From Candidatus Hydrogenedentota bacterium (GTDB lineage Bacteria > Hydrogenedentota > Hydrogenedentia > Hydrogenedentales > CAITNO01), in NCBI GenBank assembly GCA_019455225.1, contig JACFMU010000001.1:291-64290 (forward strand): a stretch of DNA of 64,000 nucleotides, given 5' to 3'. Under the pieces are notes generated by a model. It saw only the letters and a list, made by a program, of their open reading frames with translations, had not been told where the DNA came from and searched no databases. How positions within the stretch are numbered: position 1 is the first letter of the stretch; every line of letters begins with the position of its first letter. Shown one piece after another: positions 9,761-18,379 of the stretch. Both the position numbers and the translations under genes were made by a program.

Positions 9761-11011
9761 ATGGGGAAGATGTCCTACCAAAAGGCCGGCGTGCGCGGGC
9801 TCTGCGGCCTTGCGGGGTGCCTGTTGCTGCTTGGGGCCGGACTGCCTGTCTGTCGCGCCGACATCCCCGCCCGGCGCAATTACCAATTTGACGGCCATAT
9901 GACCAGACCCGTTTTGGAGAATTATCTTTCCCGCTCCGTCACCTTCTCCGAGGTGCTGCACGGAAAGGGGAGCGTGGAGGACAACATCCGTTTCCTCACC
10001 AACACAGGCGCGAAATTCATCGGGCGGGCCATGTACATGTGGGGCGGGGAGGGGTATCTGGAAACCCTGCTGGACAAGGCAAAGCCCATCGCCGAACGGC
10101 TCCACGCCGCCGACCCGGACATGATATTGCAGGCCGCAGTGTTTGAAATCGTCTCCACCAACGTTGACGGGATTCCGATACCGCCCTGGGTCTTCGAGGC
10201 CTTTGACCTTCCCCCGGAAACGCGGAACTTCCGGTACAGCGCGATGCAGTACCCCGGAAAGGCGTGGCAAAACGGGCACTGGTCCCCCGGCGCGTCCGTG
10301 CCCGACATGAGCCAGACCGAAACAAAAATGTGGTTCTACTATCTCGTGGCCCGGTACGTCAGCGTGGGCGTCGAGGCCATCCATTTCGGCCAGGTGGAAA
10401 TCATGGACGACCGCGACCGGGACCACGTTCACTGGAGGGACATGCTTGACCGGGTGCGCGGCCACGCCAAAAAGCACGCACGGCGCCATTTTCTGCTGTG
10501 CGACGCCCATGTGCCCGGCGGCGGCATCGTCCATGACGGGAAACTGATGTTCGATTTCCATTCGTTTCCGCTGCGCATCGAGGAGATCGTTGACTGTCCA
10601 CAGCAGGGCGTGCTGGAAGTCGGCTACCTGGACAGCCTGTTCAAACGGAGCAACGGCGGCACCACACCGAGCGGATGGAACTGCGAGAGCCTGCCGTACA
10701 TCGTCGAGCTGGACAATTTCGAGCCCAGCGGGCATCCGGGGGAGAATATCGGGAAACACTGGTGCTGGGGTTATGATGAAGTCTGCTGGTTCGCCCACCA
10801 GCCCGAAGAGTACCGGAACCAATGGCTGCACTACGCATGGGACTGGATTCGCGCCACCGACCCCAACGGCTGGCTGCAAATGCCCGGAAGCCGTTGTCTT
10901 GCCACTCCTCCCCCCGGCAAAACCTGGTATTGGGCGCACACGCCTTCGGACGCCGTCCCAGACGGTTTCGGCCAGGAGGAAACCATCAAAGCCATTTGGG
11001 CGAAGAACTAG
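9761..11011 (+). CDS. Secreted hypothetical protein (possible uncharacterised glycan-active enzyme)
   Basis: 416 aa from the ATG at 9761. The signal peptide ends PVCRA. No family motif recognised. Amino-acid composition looks like a real protein rather than a shadow ORF. Confidence 0.55.
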   Translation: MGKMSYQKAGVRGLCGLAGCLLLLGAGLPVCRADIPARRNYQFDGHMTRPVLENYLSRSVTFSEVLHGKGSVEDNIRFLTNTGAKFIGRAMYMWGGEGYLETLLDKAKPIAERLHAADPDMILQAAVFEIVSTNVDGIPIPPWVFEAFDLPPETRNFRYSAMQYPGKAWQNGHWSPGASVPDMSQTETKMWFYYLVARYVSVGVEAIHFGQVEIMDDRDRDHVHWRDMLDRVRGHAKKHARRHFLLCDAHVPGGGIVHDGKLMFDFHSFPLRIEEIVDCPQQGVLEVGYLDSLFKRSNGGTTPSGWNCESLPYIVELDNFEPSGHPGENIGKHWCWGYDEVCWFAHQPEEYRNQWLHYAWDWIRATDPNGWLQMPGSRCLATPPPGKTWYWAHTPSDAVPDGFGQEETIKAIWAKN

Positions 11012-11038
11012 GTACGCCCCCCGGTTCCGGTGCCATGC

Positions 11039-12160
11039 TCAGGCCTGCCGGGATACCCACCGCCCCGGCACCGACACGCCGCAGTCCGGGCACATTCCCC
11101 CGTTCACGCGCTGCCGCATCACATGAAATCCCCGCCTCTCCACCAGCAGCGCGCCGCAGGCCCCGCACAGGGTGTTCTCCCGCCCACCGACCCGTCCCGG
11201 CAGGTTCCCCGCGTACACATGCCGCAACCCGGCGTCCCTGCCGATGTCACAGGCCCGCAGCAGGTCCGCCGCCGTGGTGGGGCGGGGCTCGGTCATACGG
11301 AACTGAGGATAAAACGCCGTCACATGCCAGGGAATGTCCGGCGACAACCCCGCCAGGAACCCGGCCATCGCCTTTAATTCTTTCTCGCCGTCATTGAAAC
11401 CCGGCACCAGCAGGGTCACCACCTCCACCCACACCCCCATGCCCGCCAGGCGTTCGAGTGTGTCCAGCACCGGCGCCAGCCGCCCGCCCAGCCGCCGGTA
11501 CTGCCGGTCGTCGAAACTCTTCAGGTCCACCTTGCACAGGTCCAGCACGGGACGCAGGTATTCCAGAACCTCCGGCGTGGCGTGGCCGTTGCTCACAAAC
11601 CCGCACAGCAGCCCCCGGTCCCGGGCCTCGGCGAAAACCGCCGCCGCCCACTCCGCCGTGATGAGCGGCTCGTTGTAGGTGCTCACCACCAGCCGCGCGC
11701 CGGACCACACCGCCGCCGAGGCAATCTCCGCCGCCGACATCGGCCGCACCTCGGTCCCCGCGTCCTCCTCGCGGAGCGCCTGGCTGCTCATCCAGTTCTG
11801 GCAGTAGCCGCAGTGCAGGTCGCACCCCAGCATGCCAAAGGACAGGGCGATGCTTCCGGGCAGGACATGAAAAAAGGGCTTCTTCTCCACCGGGTCCGCC
11901 TGGAGTCCAGCCACATACCCAAACGGCACCCGGAGTTTCCCCGCCTCGTTGTGCCGCACCTTGCAGACGCCCCGCCGGCCGGGCCGTATCAGGCAGCGGT
12001 GGCCGCAGGCAAGGCAGCGCACCGCGCCGTCCTTTTCATGAACCGACAGGGAGGGCGCGGCGTCCGCGGCGCGTAGGGAAAACAGCGCCTCAAGGCTGCC
12101 CCCTCGAAAGGATTTGCCGGATGCGGCGCGCGGCATGGTGACACTCCTGAACGCGGACAA
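11039..12160 (-). CDS. AmmeMemoRadiSam-system-type radical SAM enzyme (PflA-like)
   Basis: 373 aa. It has an N-terminal Cys cluster CLACGHRC...GRRGVC, the radical SAM motif CDLHCGYCQNW, and C-terminal CGACG...CPDCG. Confidence 0.7.
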   Translation of the reverse strand: MSAFRSVTMPRAASGKSFRGGSLEALFSLRAADAAPSLSVHEKDGAVRCLACGHRCLIRPGRRGVCKVRHNEAGKLRVPFGYVAGLQADPVEKKPFFHVLPGSIALSFGMLGCDLHCGYCQNWMSSQALREEDAGTEVRPMSAAEIASAAVWSGARLVVSTYNEPLITAEWAAAVFAEARDRGLLCGFVSNGHATPEVLEYLRPVLDLCKVDLKSFDDRQYRRLGGRLAPVLDTLERLAGMGVWVEVVTLLVPGFNDGEKELKAMAGFLAGLSPDIPWHVTAFYPQFRMTEPRPTTAADLLRACDIGRDAGLRHVYAGNLPGRVGGRENTLCGACGALLVERRGFHVMRQRVNGGMCPDCGVSVPGRWVSRQA

Positions 12161-12216
12161 ACCCCGCGCAAGGGGATTGTATCACCCTTTGGCGTCCGGC
12201 ATGGGGAAAGCGGCGC

Positions 12217-14046
12217 TCAATCGAACTGGCCGACGAGGGCGTTCACAAAAGCCTCGGCGAAGGCCTGCCGCCACTGGGGGTCGCTGAGACGCTCCTGGTC
12301 CTGCGGGTTGGTCATGTTCGCCGTCTCGATCAGCACCTTCGTGGGCACGGAGCAGTTCCGCAGCACCGCGGGCACATAGGCCCTGCCCCCGCTCTGGCGG
12401 ATGACGTTGCGCACGGGGTCGCCCGCGTCGTGCACCTTGATGGGCGGGTTGTTGGACCGCAGGGACTGCAGGAACACATTCGCGAAATTGCGCGAGAGCG
12501 CCTCATCAAGGCGGCGCTGGGCCGGGGTGCAGCTTGCCGCGGGCGCGCTCCGCACCTCCTTGAACTGGTTGTAAAAGCTGCCCGCCGGGCGCTCCGTGTC
12601 CCGCCGGTAGGCCGCGCCCGGCACATACACCATCGCCCCGCGCAGCGAGTCGTTGAACAGGGCGTCGCAGTGGATGGAGGCGAAAATGATCTTCCGGTCG
12701 CTCACCCCGGCGTCGCGCTCGCGCCGGTAAATGTCGTTGGCCAGGTACCACCGCAGGTTCGCCGAGGTCTTCGCGTCCTCGATGCGGTAGTGCGGGGTCA
12801 CCAGCACCACCTCGTCCGTGTCATGGACGAAGCGCCGCGCGTCGCTCACCCGGTAGTCCTGGTTCGGGTCCAGCACCGTCACATGCACCCGCGCGCGGGT
12901 CCGCGTCTCGAGTATCTGCTTGACGCGGCAGACGATGTCGTAGTTCAGCTCGTCCTCATAGAGGCCCAGCCGGTCTATGGCCGCGCCCTGGTCGCGCCCG
13001 CCATGGCCCGGGTCGAGGATGACCACCACCCCCTCCAGGTTCTTTGACACGACCTGCTCCGTGCTCACCCGCCGCACCTCCGCCTGCATCGCCTCGTACT
13101 CCTCGCGCTGCTCCGTGCCTCGGGGCAGATACGCGTCCGAAACCATCTCCAGCGGGATCAGAATCCGCTGGCCCGCGCCCATCTTCCGCACGTCGCGGAT
13201 GCCGCTGCGCTTCTGGATGATTTCACAGGCCCGGTGGATGTCCGCATTCTCGTAGTAGTCCGTGAAACGCACCACCACCGCCGTGTACAGCGACTCCCCC
13301 TTCTTCAGCCGGTACTCGGCGTAGTCCCCCTCCCGGTCCCTGCCGTAGGACAGCAGCCCGTTTTCGGCGGTCGGGGAGGCCGGGCGCACTGCGGGATTCA
13401 CCGCGGCCGCCGTCAGGGGCGGCGCCTTCGGCGAGAGGGCCTGCATCACGGGCAGCAGCAGCCCTTTCGGTATGAGCACCTGCTGCCCCTTCCGCAGCGC
13501 GCTCTCCGGCGTGATTGTGTGGTCCGCCGTGCGTATCCGCGCGCTGTTCGACGGGTTCCCCGTCACCCATTCCGCAAGCAGCGCCAGCGACTCCGCGCCC
13601 TCCGCGCCGTCATAGGTCACCGTGTGCCACCAGCCCGACTGGTCCACAAAATCATCCGGAAAAATGGCCTCCAGCATCCGGCGCTGGGTCTTGGCATTCA
13701 GGCGGGCAAAGGGAACGGCGACGGTCATCCGGTCCTTGTACTGCTTCCAGTCATCGGGGTTGGCCAAATATTTCTGGAGAAAGCCCCGGCCGGCGTCTCC
13801 CCGGGGCGGCGTCAGCTCCATGTACAGCATGCGCCCCCCCCGAAGCGCGGCCACGGCGCCGGCGTCCAGTTCTTTCCGGACTATCCCCTCGCCGAAGGCA
13901 GCCGGAACCGCAAGCAGGAACCCGAGCGCAACCAGTGCCACCCGTTGCCCGGACTTCCTGTGTCTCACACCCGCAACTCCTTTGCATCGGTCCCGCCGTT
14001 CCGGACCGGTCAACGATGTGCCGCCATGCCAGATGGACCGTGGCAT
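12217..14046 (-). CDS. N-acetylmuramoyl-L-alanine amidase (Amidase_3) with a long N-terminal domain
   Basis: Amidase_3 motifs are LDPGHGGRDQGA, ASIHCDA and ETANMTNPQD. The signal-like segment is VALVALGFLLAVPAAFG. The start is uncertain: the track ORF extends to 14229, and I placed it at the ATG at 14046. Confidence 0.75.
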   Translation of the reverse strand: MPRSIWHGGTSLTGPERRDRCKGVAGVRHRKSGQRVALVALGFLLAVPAAFGEGIVRKELDAGAVAALRGGRMLYMELTPPRGDAGRGFLQKYLANPDDWKQYKDRMTVAVPFARLNAKTQRRMLEAIFPDDFVDQSGWWHTVTYDGAEGAESLALLAEWVTGNPSNSARIRTADHTITPESALRKGQQVLIPKGLLLPVMQALSPKAPPLTAAAVNPAVRPASPTAENGLLSYGRDREGDYAEYRLKKGESLYTAVVVRFTDYYENADIHRACEIIQKRSGIRDVRKMGAGQRILIPLEMVSDAYLPRGTEQREEYEAMQAEVRRVSTEQVVSKNLEGVVVILDPGHGGRDQGAAIDRLGLYEDELNYDIVCRVKQILETRTRARVHVTVLDPNQDYRVSDARRFVHDTDEVVLVTPHYRIEDAKTSANLRWYLANDIYRRERDAGVSDRKIIFASIHCDALFNDSLRGAMVYVPGAAYRRDTERPAGSFYNQFKEVRSAPAASCTPAQRRLDEALSRNFANVFLQSLRSNNPPIKVHDAGDPVRNVIRQSGGRAYVPAVLRNCSVPTKVLIETANMTNPQDQERLSDPQWRQAFAEAFVNALVGQFD

Positions 14047-14176
14047 GGCCCGTGCCGGCCATAATTCCCAGTAACAGGACGGAACCAGCCCACGATGCGC
14101 CATCATGCTAGATACTGTACCATGCCTCCCTGGAAAAATACAATATGTGGTGGCTGGAATTGCGCATACTCCAAAA

Positions 14177-14191
14177 ACCACAATTTGTGGT
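14177..14191 (-). terminator. Possible weak intrinsic terminator after the ThyA-like gene
   Basis: ACCACAAtTTGTGGT is a 7-bp inverted repeat. On the minus strand it is followed by TTTTTGG. It lies about 80 nt downstream of the stop at 14270. The stem is short and AT-rich. Confidence 0.3.
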
Positions 14192-14269
14192 AGTTTTTGC
14201 AGAGGCGGGCACAAGACGTCAAAAAGCACCGCCGCCCCCCTCTCCCGCCTAGGCAGTTCTTACCCCGCG

Positions 14270-15262
14270 CTACACAGAATAGGTGCCGTTCTCGATATCG
14301 GCTATCAGCCCCTGAATCATCGCCACACTCTCGGGCGGGAAGCCCCACTGCGCAATCTCGCGGTCACTCAGCAGATTCTGCAACTGCGGAATCACCAGCA
14401 TGTCCTTCGCGATGTCGCTGGGGAGGGACCGCGCGATGAAAGCCTCCTCGTCAAAGGTGTCGAAGAAACTGCGGAGACCCCGGCTGTCATCACCGCCGAC
14501 CGCGCCGAAGTCCTGCCCGTAGATGTGCAGGGAGCAACTGTAGTCGGCGTAACTGCCCACGCGCACGGGGCGTCCGGTCTTCTCCGAAATCTGCCGCGCC
14601 AGCACCTGCTGGAGAAAGGTGACCGCAATAAGGTTGTCGCCCCAGGCCTTGTACAGGTCGCGGGACCGCCACACGGTGTTCATGTTCAGCACCAGGTTGC
14701 CGTCCGCGTCCTCGGGGCAGCGCAGTTGCACCTCGCGCAGGCAGGGGGTGTCCTCCTTGAGATAGGGGTCCAGGTTCGGCACCGCGGTGGTGGCCACGGC
14801 GCGGCGCGAATGCGGCGTGGCGCAGACCCGCTCCACGGCCAGGGCCATCTGGTCCACCACGGAGCCGCCCGCGTCCGGGTGCGCGAAAAGCCGCTGGTGG
14901 TAGGTGTAGGGCCACTGGTGGGCGCTCAGCTCGCCGCCCACGGCCTCCTGCAACTGGTCAAAGGGCACCACGCGGTAGTCCTTGGCGCCCATGATTTCCG
15001 CGATGTACGCGCCAATCTCGCAGAAGGAGATGGGCGGGAACCGGGGCTGGGCAAAGGGGTCCCGCACCTCGATGAGGACCCGCGCGTCGCGGCTGGGCGG
15101 ATCAATGTACTCCCCCGCCGCGTTCCTGCGGTCATACTCCGTGCGCATCGCGTGGCCCTGTTCCCAAACCGCCTTGATGGCCCGGTAATACGCCTGCGGA
15201 ATCGAGTCCCCCACCACATGAAGGGTCGGAATCCGTCCAAGGTCCATGCCGCTCTCGCCCAT
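14270..15262 (-). CDS. Thymidylate synthase (ThyA) superfamily protein, divergent/archaeal-like
   Basis: By-eye matches to ThyA landmarks: SRRAV (phosphate-binding Arg pair), TPCL (catalytic Cys), RSRDLYKAWGDNLIA (the RSxD...N region) and SLHIY. The start was chosen at an internal Met (MGESGMDLG). Confidence 0.6.
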   Translation of the reverse strand: MGESGMDLGRIPTLHVVGDSIPQAYYRAIKAVWEQGHAMRTEYDRRNAAGEYIDPPSRDARVLIEVRDPFAQPRFPPISFCEIGAYIAEIMGAKDYRVVPFDQLQEAVGGELSAHQWPYTYHQRLFAHPDAGGSVVDQMALAVERVCATPHSRRAVATTAVPNLDPYLKEDTPCLREVQLRCPEDADGNLVLNMNTVWRSRDLYKAWGDNLIAVTFLQQVLARQISEKTGRPVRVGSYADYSCSLHIYGQDFGAVGGDDSRGLRSFFDTFDEEAFIARSLPSDIAKDMLVIPQLQNLLSDREIAQWGFPPESVAMIQGLIADIENGTYSV

Positions 15263-15442
15263 CCCTGCTCTCCTTGCCGGCCGCGCCGGGGTTGATGTTC
15301 CGGGAACGGGGGCATTATGGCACAGTCGCCGCGGGACCGGAAATTCTATTACGGGCAAATGACCAACACCCACACCCAGTGTTGTCAGGCAAATTGCATC
15401 ACCCCGAAGGCCGGATGCTTTCCCGGCGCGCTTACGGACAGG

Positions 15443-15661
15443 TTAGATGCGTTTCCGGAGAACCATGAACGCCGCAATCAGCGCAACGAACAGCGTCATG
15501 GCGGAAATGCCGCCGCCAAAGAGCATGGGCACCACGCTGACGGCGACCCCGAAGGCCAGCGGCAGGGGCGCCTTCTGGCGGATGCCGTAAATCAGCAGCC
15601 CGGCGCCGACGCTGCCGCTGAGCAGCGCCGCCAGAAACCACAACCCGCTACCGTCGCCCAT
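15443..15661 (-). CDS. Small hydrophobic membrane protein (hypothetical)
   Basis: 72 aa from the Met at 15661: MGDGSGLWFLAALLSGSVGAGLLIYG...ALIAAFMVLRKRI. Two to three predicted TM segments. No family recognised. Confidence 0.4.
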   Translation of the reverse strand: MGDGSGLWFLAALLSGSVGAGLLIYGIRQKAPLPLAFGVAVSVVPMLFGGGISAMTLFVALIAAFMVLRKRI

Positions 15662-15674
15662 ATGAGCCCCTTTC

Positions 15675-15693
15675 CACGGGCGGGACGCCCGTG
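15675..15693. repeat. REP-like perfect hairpin CACGGGC-GGGAC-GCCCGTG
   Basis: 7-bp stem and 5-nt loop, located between the stop at 15697 and the start at 15661. The extended string TTCCACGGGCGGGACGCC recurs at 39114-39131 inside mnmE. Confidence 0.7.
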
Positions 15694-15696
15694 CCG

Positions 15697-17850
15697 CTAA
15701 AACTCCTGCGCCTGCATCACGACCTCCTCGGGGGACAGGGCGCGGTGCCACAGTTTCACCTCGTCGAGCAGGCCCGTGAAATGGGCCCGGTGCCCGGTTT
15801 CAAAGTTTCCGAGCGTGAGGGGAAGCCCGCCGTCGTTCACCGGCCCCGTCCGCTCCAGGTGCGCGGCCTCGCGCCCGTCCATGTACAGGCGAATCCAGCG
15901 CCCGTCATAGGTGACGGCGAGATGGACCCACCATCCGGCGGGCAGGGCCGTGTCGGAGGTGAGGTGGTGGCTCCATTCCGTCTGGGGCAGGGCGAAGCAG
16001 GGGTATCCCCCGCAGAGGCCCAGCCGGTAGCCCGTGTGTGTGGCGCCGCCCCGGATGCGGTTGACCATCCAGGCGTCCTCTTGGGCCGGGTTCTCCGTGA
16101 ACACCCAGCAGGCCAGGGTCATCGCCTCCCCCGGTGACAGGGAGGGATGGTTGGGCACCTCCACCGCACCGCCGTCGCAGACCAGGGCGTTTCCGTCCAC
16201 CCCCGGCGCGCGCCGCGCGTTCCGCAGGTATCCCCCGGTCCGGTTTCCCGACATGTCCCGCACCACGGGGCAGCCGTCCTCCTCGTCAAACGACCACCAG
16301 GCCATGAGCCCCTCCGGGTCCGTTCCCGGCTTCACGGCATGCTCCCCCGCCAACGCGGACAGTTCCCGCTCCTCTTTCCGGTGTTCCCGGTAGGCGGTGT
16401 CATAGGGCCCCATGCCAATGTCTTCCGGGAGGAGATTCGCGCGGGGCGGCGCGTCGGAGAAGACCTCGCGGACCGCGTCCAGATAGCCGAAGCCGTGCTC
16501 GCGGTAGGGCGCGATGTAGTGGCCCTCGCCCCACTCGTTCCAGTTGTCCAGCAGGAGCATGCGCGCGCCCAACTCCTCCGGGGGGTAGGCGGCAATGTGC
16601 GCCTTCGCCCGGCGCAGCAGGTCTTTGTAGGGCTCCGGCGGAATGGTCCAAACGGACCCCTCGTCCTGCCAGCCGCTCCACCCCTGGGTCACCGTGACCA
16701 CCTGCGGCAGGATGCCCAGTTCCTTCGTCTTCTCGATGTATTCCATCTGCGTGTTGATGGCCCGCTCCGGGGAGGGGTTGTCCAGCACATGCCAGCAGTA
16801 GGCGAAGGAATAGTCCAGCCCGAGCCGCTTCATCTTTTCCAGATGATTTCGGTCCAGTCCCCGGTACTCGCCGAGGAGCCACAGCCCGTCAAAGCCCCTG
16901 TCGCGGCAGGCAGCCCGCATTTTGTCGAAAGCCGCCACCACGGCCTCCTCCCCGCCCAGGTCGTCCACCAGAAACTCGGGCCGGTAGATGAAGAGCACCG
17001 GCTTGTTGTCCACCACCAGATATGAGGGGTGGGTGAAAAAATTATCCAGCCAGAAGGGCAGCAGGTTATCCATCAAGTCCCGCTCGTCGGCGACCCCGGC
17101 CTTCCCCCGGTTCTGGTTCTCCCACATGATGGTGAACTTCACTTTGTCCTGGAATCGGGACTTGAAGAAGGCGTCGTGGATGGCGCCGCTGAACATGGTT
17201 TCCACGGGGCCGCCCTGGCTCGTCCGGTACCAGCAGTAGATGAAGAAGGAGACGCCATGCTCGACGGCCCACTTGGTCTCCCAGTCCGACACCTCGGGAT
17301 TGTTCTGGTCATAGAACCCCAACGCGGGCGTGCGCTCCGGGTGTTTGATTAACTGTTTCCACATGTGCGGCTTGTCCGCCTCCCACAGCGGACAGTGGTG
17401 GGCACCGATGAGAATCTCCGTCTTTGCGGGAATGGGTTCCGGGATGTAGGGCAACTTCTCCCGGGACATCGGAGGCAGGAAGGTTATCCAGAGGGGGTGC
17501 TCCCGCGCTTCCCCGTCCGTCGTCACCGCCAACGCCAGATTGCCCGAAAACGTGTCCGTAGCCTCGATAGTCCACTGGACTTCCCGCCGGGCGCCCGCCT
17601 CCAGGCTAAAAATGGGGGGCGGCTCCCCGGCGGTCACACGAATCTGTTCCGGCAGTTTCAGGGAAAGCGCCACCTCCAGCGGCGCGTCGCCCGCATTCTC
17701 GATTTCTGCCTCCAGCGCCAGGGGCCGGCCCACCCGGCCAAGAGGCGCGGGTGAGTCGAAATGGAGCAGCCGGACGGCGGGAACCCCCTCCGCCGACGCG
17801 GACACGGCGGCCAGCAACAGGGCCGTCACCAACCATTGACGCGGTTTCAT
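15697..17850 (-). CDS. Secreted WbsX/GH99-like domain protein with C-terminal LamG (concanavalin-like) domain
   Basis: 717 aa with a signal peptide. The central region (GFYDQNNPEVSDWETKWAVEHGVSFFIYCWY) resembles the WbsX family. The C-terminus LTLGNF...FTGLLDEVKLWHRALSPEEV is typical of LamG_3. Confidence 0.55.
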   Translation of the reverse strand: MKPRQWLVTALLLAAVSASAEGVPAVRLLHFDSPAPLGRVGRPLALEAEIENAGDAPLEVALSLKLPEQIRVTAGEPPPIFSLEAGARREVQWTIEATDTFSGNLALAVTTDGEAREHPLWITFLPPMSREKLPYIPEPIPAKTEILIGAHHCPLWEADKPHMWKQLIKHPERTPALGFYDQNNPEVSDWETKWAVEHGVSFFIYCWYRTSQGGPVETMFSGAIHDAFFKSRFQDKVKFTIMWENQNRGKAGVADERDLMDNLLPFWLDNFFTHPSYLVVDNKPVLFIYRPEFLVDDLGGEEAVVAAFDKMRAACRDRGFDGLWLLGEYRGLDRNHLEKMKRLGLDYSFAYCWHVLDNPSPERAINTQMEYIEKTKELGILPQVVTVTQGWSGWQDEGSVWTIPPEPYKDLLRRAKAHIAAYPPEELGARMLLLDNWNEWGEGHYIAPYREHGFGYLDAVREVFSDAPPRANLLPEDIGMGPYDTAYREHRKEERELSALAGEHAVKPGTDPEGLMAWWSFDEEDGCPVVRDMSGNRTGGYLRNARRAPGVDGNALVCDGGAVEVPNHPSLSPGEAMTLACWVFTENPAQEDAWMVNRIRGGATHTGYRLGLCGGYPCFALPQTEWSHHLTSDTALPAGWWVHLAVTYDGRWIRLYMDGREAAHLERTGPVNDGGLPLTLGNFETGHRAHFTGLLDEVKLWHRALSPEEVVMQAQEF

Positions 17851-17878
17851 CAGACCCGTTCCTCCCTTGGCGGCGGCT

Positions 17879-18343
17879 TCATCCGTGCCCGTGATGATGG
17901 TGCGGTGCGGCGCCGTGTTTCCGTGCGGGGCGGAGGCGCTTCCCCGTGGAGCCGATGGACACGGCGGCGTGGAGCACGCCCTTGTTGGCGCGGAGGCTTT
18001 CGGCGAGCCCCTCGATCTCGGAGGCGCGGCCCCGCACCATGATCATCTCCACACAGAGCTCCTCCGTGAGGTGGACATGGGTGGTGGCGAGAATCTCGTC
18101 ATGATGGTGGTGCTGGAGATGGGTCAGTTTCTGGGCCAGGTCGCGCGCCTCGTGGTCATACACCAGGGTGATGGTGCCCACGGCCTCCTCATTGTTCTTC
18201 CATGCGTCGCGGGCGAGCCGCTCGCGCACAAGGTCGCGGATGAACTCCGAGCGGTTCGCGCCCGGACCGCCCGCCAGCAGCGCCTCCAGCCGGTCGTACA
18301 GTTCCCGCTCCATGGTCACACTCATGCGCACCAGGTCGCTCAT
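17879..18343 (-). CDS. nikR: Nickel-responsive transcriptional regulator NikR
   Basis: It has a ribbon-helix-helix N-terminus and Ni-site motifs YDHEARDL, QHHHHD and HVH...CVE that align with E. coli NikR. It carries an extra His-rich tail HHHHGHG. Confidence 0.85.
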   Translation of the reverse strand: MSDLVRMSVTMERELYDRLEALLAGGPGANRSEFIRDLVRERLARDAWKNNEEAVGTITLVYDHEARDLAQKLTHLQHHHHDEILATTHVHLTEELCVEMIMVRGRASEIEGLAESLRANKGVLHAAVSIGSTGKRLRPARKHGAAPHHHHGHG

Positions 18344-18379
18344 GTTCCGCGCCTCCAGAGGTTACATTCGGCGCGCCGC

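Noticed and set aside
11039-12160. The radical SAM enzyme as the anaerobic sulfatase-maturating enzyme (anSME) for the CxPxR sulfatase at 36987.
   Set aside because: It lacks the multi-Cys SPASM C-terminal domain pattern. It has the N- and C-terminal CxxC clusters typical of the AmmeMemoRadiSam/PflA-like group, and it is 25 kb from the sulfatase.
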